Assembly (NCBI GenBank): GCA_973895155.1
Contig: OZ316891.1
Coordinates: 21,837,168-21,901,167, forward strand
Source: Marsupella aquatica
Taxonomy: Eukaryota > Plantae > Marchantiophyta
Length of the DNA stretch: 64,000 nucleotides
Reading direction: 5' to 3'
The first letter of the stretch is position 1. Each line of letters opens with the position of its first letter. A model generated the notes under the pieces. It ran no database searches. It was not told where the DNA came from and saw only the letters and a program-made list of their open reading frames with translations. Below are positions 1 through 12,020 of the stretch, in pieces. Made by a program: the position numbers and the translations under genes.

Positions 1-220
1 CTTCTGCAATTGGGGGAAATGCCTTTCAGCCGCCATCCAGATAACCCTGATGCACATCCTGATGCTCTTATATGCCCACGACATTATTGTGAGGTCTGTA
101 AGGAGTATCGGGAGGGCATTTGGGATTTTGTCCAATGTCGTAGATGCCCTTGTGCATGGTGTCGTGATGAAGGACCTATAGCAGATAGGCACTTGAGGAG
201 AAGGGTGAGGGGCCGAGACA
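1..220 (+). pseudogene. Fragment of a second EDM2/NSD-type PHD-finger gene, cut by the CACTA-1 terminus at 221
   Basis: ICPRHYCEVC...FVQCRRCPCAWC aligns with ACPLHRCKAC...IVHCARCPTMWH in ORF 10570..11250. The last codons of ORF 10..246 (TLEESEVN) are read from the TIR. The 5' end is outside the window or spliced. Confidence 0.65.
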
Positions 221-249
221 CACTAGAAGAATCCGAGGTGAACTGAGAC

Positions 250-540
250 CGCAATATATGACTCATTTTGGCTCATGTGACTTCATTGTGACTCAACGTG
301 ACTTGACCCACGCTGTGACCCTTGGAGTTGCAAAAGTTGAGACCAAAAAATGGAAGTCACTATTGATACTGGGCTTTGCAACTTGCTTGATACCCATTTG
401 TGACTGATCTGTGACTTTATTGTGGAGTCTAGCCTTGTTTCGACGTGACTGCAATATGACTTCAGCGAGTCACATCGTAAGTCACATACATGACTTACCC
501 GCATTCAACAACGACTAGCGTGTGACTATTTAGTGTCACA
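250..540. repeat. Subterminal short repeats (GTGACT/AGTCAC, both orientations) of CACTA-1
   Basis: Dense TGACT/AGTCA motifs directly inside the TIR at 221. Similar motifs occur at about 16690-16990 and 41400-42015. This layout is typical of CACTA TnpA-binding regions. Confidence 0.7.
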
Positions 541-1075
541 GGAGAGACCAATGGAGACCCTGGCCCGCGTCACACAACAGAACCATTTGGGACTCTATAT
601 ACTCATGTTTATAACTAATAAGGTTCACATGCAAGTTATAACCATGACTAATGAACACAGAGGGACAGTTCATAAGAAGAGAGAGCACTCGACATTACAA
701 TACATAGAAACCTGATGTTCTAACTTTAGAAATATAACACATTGAATACAAGAAATGAACATAGCATGAATGACATCCACATGAAACAAAGCATCATATA
801 AGCAGATCCTACATAAAACATTCATAAGAATTAAACACAATCACAATCTTGCTAAAAAATGAAGATCATTTGAATTCCAATGGAATAGTTTACAATGTGA
901 TCAATGTAATTTAGACAAAACAGGAACTCATAATTGATGACTGTAGGATGAGATAACTGAAAGCACATGCATGATACTATGAATCTCCAAGAGGACATGA
1001 TTCTTGTACTGTTTCTTGACATCTAAAATCTACATAACATGACTCACACTACAAACAAATAATGGCATGACATTG

Positions 1076-4000
1076 TTATGGATCCTCTATGAACTTGCTT
1101 GGCCATAATACCAAAGAACCTGCAGCATCTCCAAGTGTCTTTTGAGGAGGATCATCATTTGTGTTTGGAATGGGAAGGACAGCTTTAGGTTTCACTAGTA
1201 ATGTGACTAACACTACTGAATAACCTGGGGGAATCCTCTTGCCATGGAACGTTGTGGAACCAACCTGCACTCTGGCAAATCCTACTCGTGTTCCACTCTC
1301 ATCAACAGCTAACAAGCCACTTTGTCCCTCAGCATTAGGTGCTTTCCCCACTTCCACCTTAGATCTTTCTGCCAGCACTGTTCTTGGAGGTTTGTATGAA
1401 ACCTTTGACGTGGCTCTGCTCCCACCAGCAGACTTGCTTCGTGTGCGCATGCTTCCTCTCTTCACAGTAGTGAAGCTAGGCTCAGTAGGTTCCTCTGTTA
1501 GGACTGTCACAGTAGCAGGTTCATCACCTGGGAGTGTCATACCAACTAACTCTTTGGTTGGATTTATCTCAACAAGAGGCACACCTGTCATTGAGAATGA
1601 TACATTCTGCAAATCATTTATCTCTGCAATGGAGTCAAGATCTACATAGCATGAATCTGGCTCAATGGTATCATTGTCATGCTTGCTGATATCCTCATTT
1701 GCCCCAACATTGATATCATCCACTCCCTTGCCAATGTCATCCTCATCCAAACATGGTTGACTGCCCTCTGTCAAACAAGTTGCTTGTACAGACTGCAACT
1801 TTGTTGCCTCTAAATTACAGCGAGTATTTGCCAGGTTCTCATACTTCTTCTCTGTAGCACCTGTCTTATTCTCTATGGACACAACAACCACAATATATGT
1901 TACTGAAAATAACACATTCAACAAACAATGTCAATTCAAACTATACATTTAATAATCATATCCCACACAGTTGTAAAGGCCTTACCTTCAAGCCTACATG
2001 TCGTTGGCATGCCAGAAGAGTGCATCGACTTTGCCACCTCAAGTGGTGATGGTGGAACTCCTGCAGAATTGGAATCAATTTTATCTCTCACCGACACAAC
2101 AGCTTCCATTAATGTCTTGAAGTTCACATGGAACAAGTCAGTCAATGAATTCAAACGTTCATTGATCTCTGGAAGACATGTTTCGACAGCCTTCAAACGA
2201 CCACTTATCTCTGTAAGTGAAGATCCACCTCCCTACATGACACAGGGGTATAGGTTCAATCACTCCATATGAAATGTTGGGCAATATATGCACAATCAAT
2301 GTTATATACAGTGTACACCTGAAATTCAACGCAGGTCATTCAATTACCAATCAGAACTCATATAACTTACATGCTTGGAGGATTCAGATGCACCCTCTTG
2401 AGCCCGGGTGTTCACAATTTCAGCCCTCAACTCTTCTTTTGAAGGGCTTTGCCCCAATTGGGCTTTCTGCACATGCATGGCAAACACAAGTTATCGATCA
2501 ATATTCAGGGAACGTACACTAAAAAACAAAGTTTACATGTAGGGACAGTACACTAAAAAATAGTACATAGTGTAGCATAAATTACATAGCTAGGCCATTC
2601 ATTCTTACCAAACGTTTAGCTGTCGGTGCAGTGCCGGTCCTTCCTGTCAGATTAGGGTTCTGAACACTCAACCTGGCCTCGGTCATCTGTGAACTCTTCT
2701 TTTTTGAAGCATCTGTTACAAAATAAGCTACTAACCTTGCCCACACTTTATCATCACAACTGGCTGGTGGAGGCATATCTGGCTTCTCCCCACCTTCCTT
2801 CCAAGCCTTATGCATTCTCCACCTCTCTTGCTTGATAATTTTACCTGCTGTACTCTCTAGGCAACCTATGTCCACGCCATCATCACTGCCCACATAATTC
2901 CATTTGGCAGCAACATTTTCACATACAGTCTTCCAATCTTTTGGATGCTGTTTTTTAAAATTAATAACACTCACATCTAACCAACGCAATACTTCAGCTT
3001 TCAAATCAGCATGCCATCGGTTCTTGCGAGGACACTCAGCATCCACCCATTGTCTCTCATTCAACTTTACGTTCCCTTTCTTTGTCACCTCCCCTCGTGC
3101 ACTGCTCTCGGTAGTACTGGGCGTTGTATTGGCCACCCCTTCATTCACCCTACCTGGGGTTCTGAAGCCACCTGGGAAAATACAATGCCATTCATGCTTG
3201 AGAACTACATATAGCAGAATGGATGACGGCAACATTCAATGCTTCACTTCAAGAAAAATTCTTCAAACATACATACCTGTAGCTCTGCCTGTAGATGCCT
3301 GTGCAGGGACTGCACTCTGAAATTGTTGCGACCCTGGACCACCTGTCCAGCCTAGTACAGGGGCCGGATGATGTCACTTTCTAGGTATGTGTGTGCAAAC
3401 ATATGTACTGAAAACTAAGTACAAACTGTAGGAAAACAACTGAACATTCACCGACATACCTGTCCCCCTTCCGTGCTGCATCTGCATAGGGGCATTAGTG
3501 AATACTTGAGTCGATGGTTCGACTGTCCAACCTGCACACATACATTTTCTATCATTATACATGTGCAGAGTCCCCCCCACGTGAATGGACTCCACATATA
3601 ATGAGTTCTTCCATTGCTGACAAGATCAGACATTACCTGCTCCTCTTCCAGCGTTTGTAGGTACTGAATTTTGATATCCCTGCCAATTACCTTCACCACC
3701 TTCCCAACCTTGTTCATTCCACGACCCACCACCATCCTCCCAACCTGGTTCAACCCATGTCTGTCCTTGTGGACATTGGAACTGATCATTACTAGCATTT
3801 GCCCAATCAGGTTGGGCAGAATCTGCATGCAATGGCAGGTGGACAGAATTTCATGTTGTCTGAATCCAATACATCCCAAACAATGTCAAAAATTGATATG
3901 CAGTCTGAAATTCAGGAGTGCCATGCCTTCACAAAGAACTGGCATATAGATATATACTCACATCCCCACGGTTGAGGTGGACGTCCATACCCACGAGATT

Positions 4001-4783
4001 GTGGGTTTGGACCTGCTCTGCCTCTACCACGGGCATAACCTAGAGCTTGCCCCCTGCCATAGTATTGGGCACCAGCCTGGGATCTACCACTACTACCACC
4101 TCGCCAACCTTGATCAGAGGTCAGCCCCCCCTGCTGGTATGGTGCATGCACAGGCTTCGAAGGCAAAACAGAACTGGCAGGACGCTGCATCACATCACCA
4201 ACTACAATGTCAGGAACTAAGCAAGGTACATATGTGTAGTACTGAACATATGAAACCTCTAAACAAGAGTTTTTAACTCAAAACCTTGTTGGGAAAACTA
4301 CTTACATGTTTCTTTTGGGGCTGCTCTGCAATGTATTCATCTTCATAACCCCCATCCTCATCCATTTCCTCTGGAAAATACTCATCATCTGCATCTTCTT
4401 GTCTAGTGTCTGCACCCACCTGTGCAGCATCAATGTCATCTCCACATTCTGCCATTGTAGGTACGACCTTCTTGCTCAACCTGTCACTCCGACGCACAGG
4501 CCCAGAGATAGTGCTGGTCACCCTTCTTGCGTACTCCTTTTGTTTCTTTGAAAATGCTGTGGCTCTGCGACATTCCAATATGAGAATACAGTCACAATTT
4601 CAGTGCCACATTGAACTATTCATGTCACACAAACTCAGCGGAGGGGTGTAGTTGAGAATCGTTCCCTTACAATTCAGCCACATCCTTTTCCAGATCCAGT
4701 TCTGCGATTTTGGCTTTCACGTATGCTCGTTGTTCCATAGCTTTCCTTTCATACTCACACATCTCTGTGTCACTCTGTTCCAT
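1076..4783 (-). CDS. tnpA: TnpA-like (ORF2) protein of CACTA-1, about 10 exons
   Basis: GT-AG exon model: 4783-4671, 4564-4306, 4184-3962, ~3825-3637, ~3531-3460, 3351-3277, ~3172-2609, ~2466-2372, ~2232-1987, ~1861-1076. The first six junctions were checked and are in phase. Central Ptta/En/Spm-like region (DDKVWARLVAYF...KKSSQMTEAR...NLTGRTG); C-terminal Tnp1/En/Spm-like motif (FHGKRIPPGYSVV...KTLGDAAGSLVLWP). Confidence 0.75.
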
Positions 4784-4939
4784 CCTACTGGACCACAAAA
4801 ACATGTCATCTATGGTCACCCCGTATAACACAATGCAACCACAATCACCAGGCATCCATCCATACATCTGTGTTGCTTCAGAATTACTTTATTACACATC
4901 CTTCCCCTCACTAATGTCTATGCAAACAATTCACATTAC

Positions 4940-7900
4940 TCATGGCACAGGCACACTGTTGGCATCTGCATCTCTGAATTCGCCTCCTTCAGCAAATGCA
5001 TCTACCCTTGTCACAGGAATGAAGTCCCCGCTATCATGAACTACAGGCACTTGGTCTGAACGCCGACGATCAAAGGCACTATGAGAGTGTAAATGAAACT
5101 CAAGGTTTGATCCTTCCATCCGGCGTTGCCTGGCCTGTTTATGACACACTACACGCCAACCTGGGGAGTCTTCCACATCCAGGAAGAAAGCTTGCTCCAC
5201 CTGACTAGGAAACACAAATGGCTCAGACCATTCGGGCAATTTCCCTCTGAAATTGGCCAGCAAGAAACCGTCGTTGTCTCTCTTCATGGTAGCCCTGTTA
5301 CCAAGCCAATCCTGCCGCACCCATGAACCTTTCATAAGAATCACAGGACTGGACACCGCCCCATAGTCCAGAGCCCATATGTCAACTAATTCTCCCACAT
5401 ATCCCATCTCCATCCAGGCCCTGTCGTGATTGTGGCTCTGTTGCTCAAATACAGTGATGAGCCCGCAGTCATTCGTCACCCTGTAGGCACTGTCACCATC
5501 CTTCACTCGGAAGTGATTCCCATATGCTCTCATCCGTTTGTAAGTCTTCACTTTCAGGCTAGGGGCATTAGACAGTAGGTAAACATCTGCATCCATGTCT
5601 GGGTGGGTCTCGTGATGCTCTCTAATTGCCACTCTGATCCACTCCATGAAACCTGGAAAAGTTGTTCCTGCAGTGGGATGGGCCGCCTTCAATGACTCAT
5701 ACTCCCTGAACGAACAACCACACAGCATTAGCTTGGGTAAACATGAACAGGCTGAAGGAGAAAACCACACGAACACAACATTTAAGCTCATGAACTGGAT
5801 TATAGCACATGTATGCACTCACTGTATCCAGGGTTCCATCACCACAGTGTTGTGCAATACAAAGTCATGTGCCAAGTCTCTCATAGATATGGTCAGGTTC
5901 TTTGTGGTTGCAGCCCCTTCCAGTACTTCACCTACCACCCCTTCCTCCTCATCAGAATTCCACACCCTGGTCTTCACATGCTCATATTGTGCTATGTATT
6001 CGGTCAGAAATCCCAGAGTCTCATCCTTGATGTAACCTTTAGCCATGCTTGCTTCAGGTTTGTAATATGTTCTCACGTGACCTTTGAGTAGCTTCATGTA
6101 CCGTTCCAAAGGGTACAACCAACGAGCACTCACAGGCCCAAATTGGTGTAGCTCTTCCACAACATGGACAAGTAGGTGGGTCATGACATCAAAAAATGCG
6201 GGAGGAAAATAAATCTCCAGGTCACACAGCACCTGAGCGACATCTTCTGTCAGTTGTGGGAAGTGTGTTTCATCCCAAACCTTCACACAAATACGACGAA
6301 ACACATCACTGAGTCGCATGATCACAGTACGAACAGGCTTCTGCAACAGGCCCCTCAGGCATAAAGGCAACACCTGTTGCATCAACATATGGTAGTCATG
6401 GCTTTTCATACTACCAAGCTTTCTAGTCATGATATGCTTCTTGAAAGCACTGCCATAGTTTGAAGGAACCTTCAAAGAACTCAACCTCTGCACAAATAGT
6501 TCCCACTCTGTGTCTGTCAGAACATAGGGCGCTTGGTACTTCAAGAGCACATCAGCTCTGTGGGCATGTGGCCTCAACCAAAGATGGGGTTTCATTCCCC
6601 TCTGTTCAAGATCCAATCTCACTGAACCAGTGTCTTTCTCTCCACACAAGAATCTGAGTAGACTCTCACAAATATTCTTTTCAATGTGCATAACATCAAT
6701 GTTATGTTTGCTTGGCTCAAACTCCTGCATCGTTGCAATGCAAAAGCGTCAGGAAATGCCTCAAGTTTAGTCTCTCTCTTCGAAATGAATGCACATGCTC
6801 TGAACCAAAACATGTATCCCAATTAGCATCAACTCCAAGAGGCTTACCCTCCAGTACTTGAGCTCCAAGTCCAATATGCTCAGTCTTTTTACACCATATC
6901 GCTTTATTGGATCACTCACTCCATCTTCCCTGCCCCCTCGTTTGATATAGTCATCCCTCAGTGCTCCCCACTGCCTGATCTCCTCTTTGGTCACTCGTGC
7001 CGGGGGTCCACGTTGCTCAATCTCATTGCCAAAGTGTGCAATCAGTGCCTGTCTTTCTCTGTAAGGGTGATCTGTCTTCAGAAAACGACGATGGCCCATG
7101 TATATCACTTTCTGCAGGGCTCTGGAGTACTCACTGGTGACATTGCGCCCACAGATAGTACAAGCACAATATCCTTTTGTTGTTTGGCCTGATATCATCC
7201 CATGGGCTGGGTAGTCAGCTATAGTCAGAATGACAATGGCTCTAAGGATGAATGGGTTTAACCTCCCAAGCCTCTGTAGGACATCATATGTGAGAACTCC
7301 TTCCTCCCAAAGCTTTCTCAATTCCTCCACTAGGGGAGCCAGAAACACATCTATGTTGGCAGATACAGCACTGTCTGGCCCTGGTATCAGTAGGACCATC
7401 AGAACAAAAAATCGCTTTGTAGTCATCCAAGGAGGAAGGTTATAATTCAAAATAGTTACAGGCCAGCATGAAAATTTGTTGTTCTTGTCTCCAAATGGGT
7501 TTACCCCATCCAATGACAGCCCAAGTCTGACATTCCTCGGCTCAGCAGCAAATTCGGGATACATCTCATCTATGAGTTTCCATTGCCTTGAATCTGCAGC
7601 ATGTCGTTGTAGCCCATCATCACTTTTCTTGTCAGTTGCCCAAGTCATCATCTCCGAGATGGCACGGCTTCTGAACATCCGCTGAAGTCTGGGAATGAGT
7701 GGAAAATGACGAAGTACCTTGGCGGGAACCATAGACTTTCCTGAGTTCCGATACCTGTGCTTCCCACACTTAGGGCATGTCAACGATTCTTTATACTCCT
7801 TTCTGAAAAGAACATGCCCATCAGGACAGGCATGGATCGAATCATAGTTCAATCCAAGATTAGATATGCATCTTTTTGCCTCGTACATGTTCTTGGGCAA

Positions 7901-8671
7901 AATATTACCATCTGGTAGCACAGTTGTTCGCAAGAATGCCAACAACTCAGAAACCAAAACGTTGGGGACATTGTGGTTGCCGCAAATGTTCAGGAACATG
8001 ATGACAAATCCCAGTTTAGAACATTTGCTACCGGGGTACAAAGACTTCCTGCCTTCCTGTATTTGCAGGGGAGAGCCAAACATCCCATCATGCCCAGGGG
8101 TTTCCTGCCCTATCTCAAACTCATCAAGAGGCTCTTCGACAGGGGGCACACTTGCATCTGCAGCCGTATCCTCTTCATTGTCCAGCCCATCATGAAATGC
8201 ATCCAAGTCTTGGAAGATGTCTCTCACCATCTCTTCCACATGAATTCCTTCGTCACGTGGTGCTGCCTGAGCACCATCCCGTTGGAGAGCTGACAACCCA
8301 CAGAGACCAGCTACAACATTTTCAAATGCACCAGGCAGAACCTCACTTGCCCGTCTTGCAGCATTGGCAGCATCAAATTCTAACCTCCACTCCTCGTCGG
8401 AAGAATCTTCCTCTGCAGGATCATTCCAAACTCGATGTCGTGGATCTCTTCCATGAACCGCGATATGCCGCCAAACCTCATTCAGACCCCTGGTACGGGA
8501 TCCTTGGCAGATTGCACAAGGACATCTCATCCTACTGGCTCCTGAAAGTCTGGTTCGTAACCTTTCACGCTGCCAAAGCTTATTATCATGGCGTGATATC
8601 CTTGTGGGATGATGCAAAGGCAGTGCCTGTGCCCTGGGCTGGGTCTGGGGAGGGTGGTGACCAGGGTGCAT
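4940..8671 (-). CDS. tnpD: CACTA TnpD transposase, 3 exons (8671-6848, 6724-5823, 5705-4940), 1163 aa, apparently intact
   Basis: Transposase-associated Zn motif CPCAIC...H; IHACPDGHVLF...CPKCG; EPRNVRLGLSLDGVNPF; ADYPA; HNIDVMHIEKN; MKSHDYH; FPPAFFDVMTHL; WLYPLERYM; EPFVFPSQVEQAFF. Both introns are GT-AG and join in frame with no stops. Confidence 0.93.
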
Positions 8672-9104
8672 TGTAACAGGCTGGGAGCTCTGCAGTCATG
8701 GACAGCAGTGAACAAGGATGCCTAATGGTGGTATTTGTGTTCCATATATCCCTGACTGTATCTGCCAAAAGAGTTAACATAACGTGTACTAAATTCTCAC
8801 AAACCCTAAACCACCCCAAAAGAAAAAAACAGGTTCGCAAGTAGTGTACCTATTGTCAAGTGAATGACACAAAATTTCTAAATGTTGGAGGGTGTCACCA
8901 CCTCCTCCGCTGTCCTCAAATGTACCGCCTCTGCATGTACGTTTACAGTGACACCCCCAGGCAGCAGGAAACAACAATCCGCCAACAGTAAAATAAGCCC
9001 AACTGCCACCAACCATAACAAGGTACATTAGTTCAAAGATCACATTTATTTCAATGATCTGATTTATACAAAAAAACTTGTGTCCAAACTGATGCTACTA
9101 CTCC

Positions 9105-9977
9105 TCACTCTGATTCAGAATCGCTAATGACCCATTCCTCACTTGTTGTCTCATAGTCCTCTCTGTAAGGATCCTGACCCTTCCGTGGCCAGGCCTCAAA
9201 AAGATCATAGTCCATTGGGTTTTGACGCTTCCCAGCTGCTACTGATTCCACAAGCCAAGCATATGAAACCACAAACACATTATGGGACATGACATAAAAG
9301 CGAATGTCTCCCTTCCCAAACTTGCGGCAGGCTTTGGGATATGACTTAGTAATGACATGAGTGGTGTCCTCTGTTATATTCTCCTCCACTGTCCCACCTA
9401 GGTCAAGCACTGTGGACTTGTACACTTTGCACTTAACCTCTCCAATTCCCGCCTCCACAAATACCATGCTCAGCCCTTTCAGAATGGGGGTTGGTTGCTT
9501 CGTCTCCTCAGCCAACATACTCTTCAGCCTTGTAGAGCTCTGTCCTTTGTTGAGTACAGGTCCATATTGGAGATCAGCAAGCCGTGCCTTTGCTTCCCAG
9601 ACTTCTTGTTCAGCCCAAGCTGATGCAGTAGCTTCTTCATCCTCCCACAACTCATATTGCTCAGTATCCTGTACAATCTTATGTGCTATGGAATCTGTGA
9701 TCCAAGAGGCCTCAACTACTTTTAGGCCTTGCTTAGTAATTGCAGAATTCATGTAGGACCATGACCACTTCTTTATCACTGATAGCCATGTCCCTGCAAC
9801 AACATGTGTAGTCTCTGGAGTGATGTCCTGAACTACAGTGCCATGGAGCTCAGAGAATCGTTTCTGTACAGTTGGCCAATGCACTTTGGTCAACCCATGC
9901 TGGCCATGGACCAAAATCGCTCTGACCCCTGTAAACACTGCTGGGTGGTCACACTTTCTACGTTTACCAGGCTCCAT
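9105..9977 (-). CDS. Intronless tandem-BRCT protein (DNA polymerase lambda-type BRCT x2), CACTA-1 cargo
   Basis: Two internal repeats with the BRCT signature: VFTGV...LHGTVVQDITPETTHVV...VVEASWITDSI...QYEL and ILKGL...LGGTVEENITEDTTHVI...VVSYAWLVESV...DYDL. N-terminal KRRK may be an NLS. Confidence 0.85.
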   Translation of the reverse strand: MEPGKRRKCDHPAVFTGVRAILVHGQHGLTKVHWPTVQKRFSELHGTVVQDITPETTHVVAGTWLSVIKKWSWSYMNSAITKQGLKVVEASWITDSIAHKIVQDTEQYELWEDEEATASAWAEQEVWEAKARLADLQYGPVLNKGQSSTRLKSMLAEETKQPTPILKGLSMVFVEAGIGEVKCKVYKSTVLDLGGTVEENITEDTTHVITKSYPKACRKFGKGDIRFYVMSHNVFVVSYAWLVESVAAGKRQNPMDYDLFEAWPRKGQDPYREDYETTSEEWVISDSESE

Positions 9978-10569
9978 GTACACACACCCTACGTGATGAC
10001 AGTGAATTTTGGAAGAATGGGTTCACCTGACAATACAAGGACAACAAAATTCCTGCTTTTTGAGTTGATCTGGCCCACTGGTGCTCAGGTCCGATTTTGA
10101 TAGGTACAAGGGATATGTGAACAATACGTACTAGGCACCTGCACGGATGCAGGACATTGTTTGAATATATACTACAAAATCCATATCCGTGGTGAAATGA
10201 AGTGCAACCAACTTGTCATGGCACATACATATTTTGTTGTAAAGGAGGATACATTCAATGACAAACTTATAGGGCAATTTGATTAATTGCATGCCTGATA
10301 ATTTATACGCTTACAACTTAGAAGTCCTGTTTTAATTTAGCAGTGTGATGAAAGTGTTTATGAAAATGACCACTCAGCCTAAATACTTCCAAGAAGGCTT
10401 GTAAGGATAAGTTTGTATAGGCATGTACCCAGCCACTGACGCCAGAGCACAAGATAAGTGCTGCCTATATAAACTCGCCTACCCAACTCCTTTTCAAAAT
10501 TGGAATCTCTGCAATCTCAAAAAATAGTACATCCACATCAGGTGCACTGTGCATGTACAATGTTCAGCT

Positions 10570-11250
10570 TCACAGCCAAGATATGTGATCTCTCACAGGA
10601 GTGCGCGAGGTAGGATCAATGGCATGGCGATGACAATAAAATATCCATCGATCAACACCATGTGCAGAGTGATCATAGATTTCTCTGTCACAAGCATAAC
10701 CCTCTGCTTGATGATCTTTCAGGCAATGATAGTGCCACATAGTGGGACACCTAGCACAGTGGACTATGTCAGTCCAGTAGTCATCATCATGCTCACCACA
10801 TGCCTTGCACCTATGAAGTGGGCAAGCTGTGGCATGAGCAGGCAAACACTCAAAACAGAAAAATCTCACACAAAAACGGTCTGGACATTTCCTAACATTT
10901 GCTGCAGCATCAACAGAGCCCTCATAGGACCCCAACTTCCCACACTGTGCACACTTAGCCTGCTTCTCCAAACAATCAGTGCACATCCAGTCTCCCTGGT
11001 GTGTTGACGGGAGGCCCACCCCTGGACAGTTGTTTTCTGCAGCAAGGTCAGACTCCGGGTTGAGGTGGAAATGCCTCATGCAAGGGCCCTCACAAATGAC
11101 CAGGCCCCCACCATCGTCACAAATGGCACAACAATGAGCTGCCTTCTGGAAAATCTGACTTGCAGAGAAGTTAGTAGCATCTGCCCCAAGTACACCTGTG
11201 TTTCTCACCTCTGTCACACGCTTTTTGGCTTGAATTTTAGGCCGTGCCAT
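10570..11250 (-). CDS. Intronless EDM2-like composite triple-PHD-finger protein, CACTA-1 cargo
   Basis: CAICDDGG-x-CEGPCMRHFH...C...CTDC; CAQCGKLGS...C-x4-C...CFEC; CPLHRCKAC...CARCP...HYHCL...FYCHRHAID...TPVRDHI follows the plant EDM2 PHD module residue by residue, as I recall that sequence. No other EDM2 domains are present. Confidence 0.87.
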   Translation of the reverse strand: MARPKIQAKKRVTEVRNTGVLGADATNFSASQIFQKAAHCCAICDDGGGLVICEGPCMRHFHLNPESDLAAENNCPGVGLPSTHQGDWMCTDCLEKQAKCAQCGKLGSYEGSVDAAANVRKCPDRFCVRFFCFECLPAHATACPLHRCKACGEHDDDYWTDIVHCARCPTMWHYHCLKDHQAEGYACDREIYDHSAHGVDRWIFYCHRHAIDPTSRTPVRDHISWL

Positions 11251-11261
11251 GCCTGCGCATG

Positions 11262-11405
11262 AGATAGACTCTACAATTTAGCAGACTGCACAGAAAGTAA
11301 TATATATTTAGCATTTAAGGTACAAAGGCATTTAGATAGACTCTACAATTTAGCAGACTGCACAGAAAGTAAAATATATTTAGCATTTAAGGTACAAAGG
11401 CATTT
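11262..11405. repeat. 72-bp tandem duplication just upstream of the PHD ORF
   Basis: AGATAGACTCTACAATTTAGCAG...AAAGGCATTT occurs at 11262-11333 and 11334-11405 with one mismatch. Confidence 0.95.
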
Positions 11406-12020
11406 GCTACTGCAATGAATTGGAATGGCCACACAAGGATGCAGAGCACACATACTTTTGGTATGTTGAGCCCACACACAAAACTGATCCCCTAATACAA
11501 TTTCTCCACCAACACCTCAATTTTAATTGTGGCTATGATTCACCAAAGGAGATCTGCAACAACATTTCATGCATTTGAATCACATACAATAGTCGTGACA
11601 TGTAAAACAGGCATTCTTCGAAGAGGATTGGTATGAAGCAGTGTCATAAGGGTTGAAATTTATACATCCTAAATAGGTTATGATAGTGGCTGAGACAAAT
11701 AAGTGAGGCATAAATCATTTTGCATATTATCACATGGCCCATTAATTCATTCAACGTTGCAATGTTCACCAGGTTAAAGCAGTCATGAAAGCAGTCTTTC
11801 AATAGAGACTTTTATGCGAGTTTGCTAGCCTCTTAAATTAGGATATTTTGCTTAGTGCAGGCATAATAGGATATAAGTTATATACTGTTGACCCTAAACC
11901 CTGGACCCAAAATTGCTCATACATCAAAATTTTAAGTAAATATCCTCTGTGTTGAAGTCAGAGTGTTAAGCTATAGGTCAATGGTATCTGGTCTGTGCAT
12001 GCGGTGTGACAAGTGGTCCT

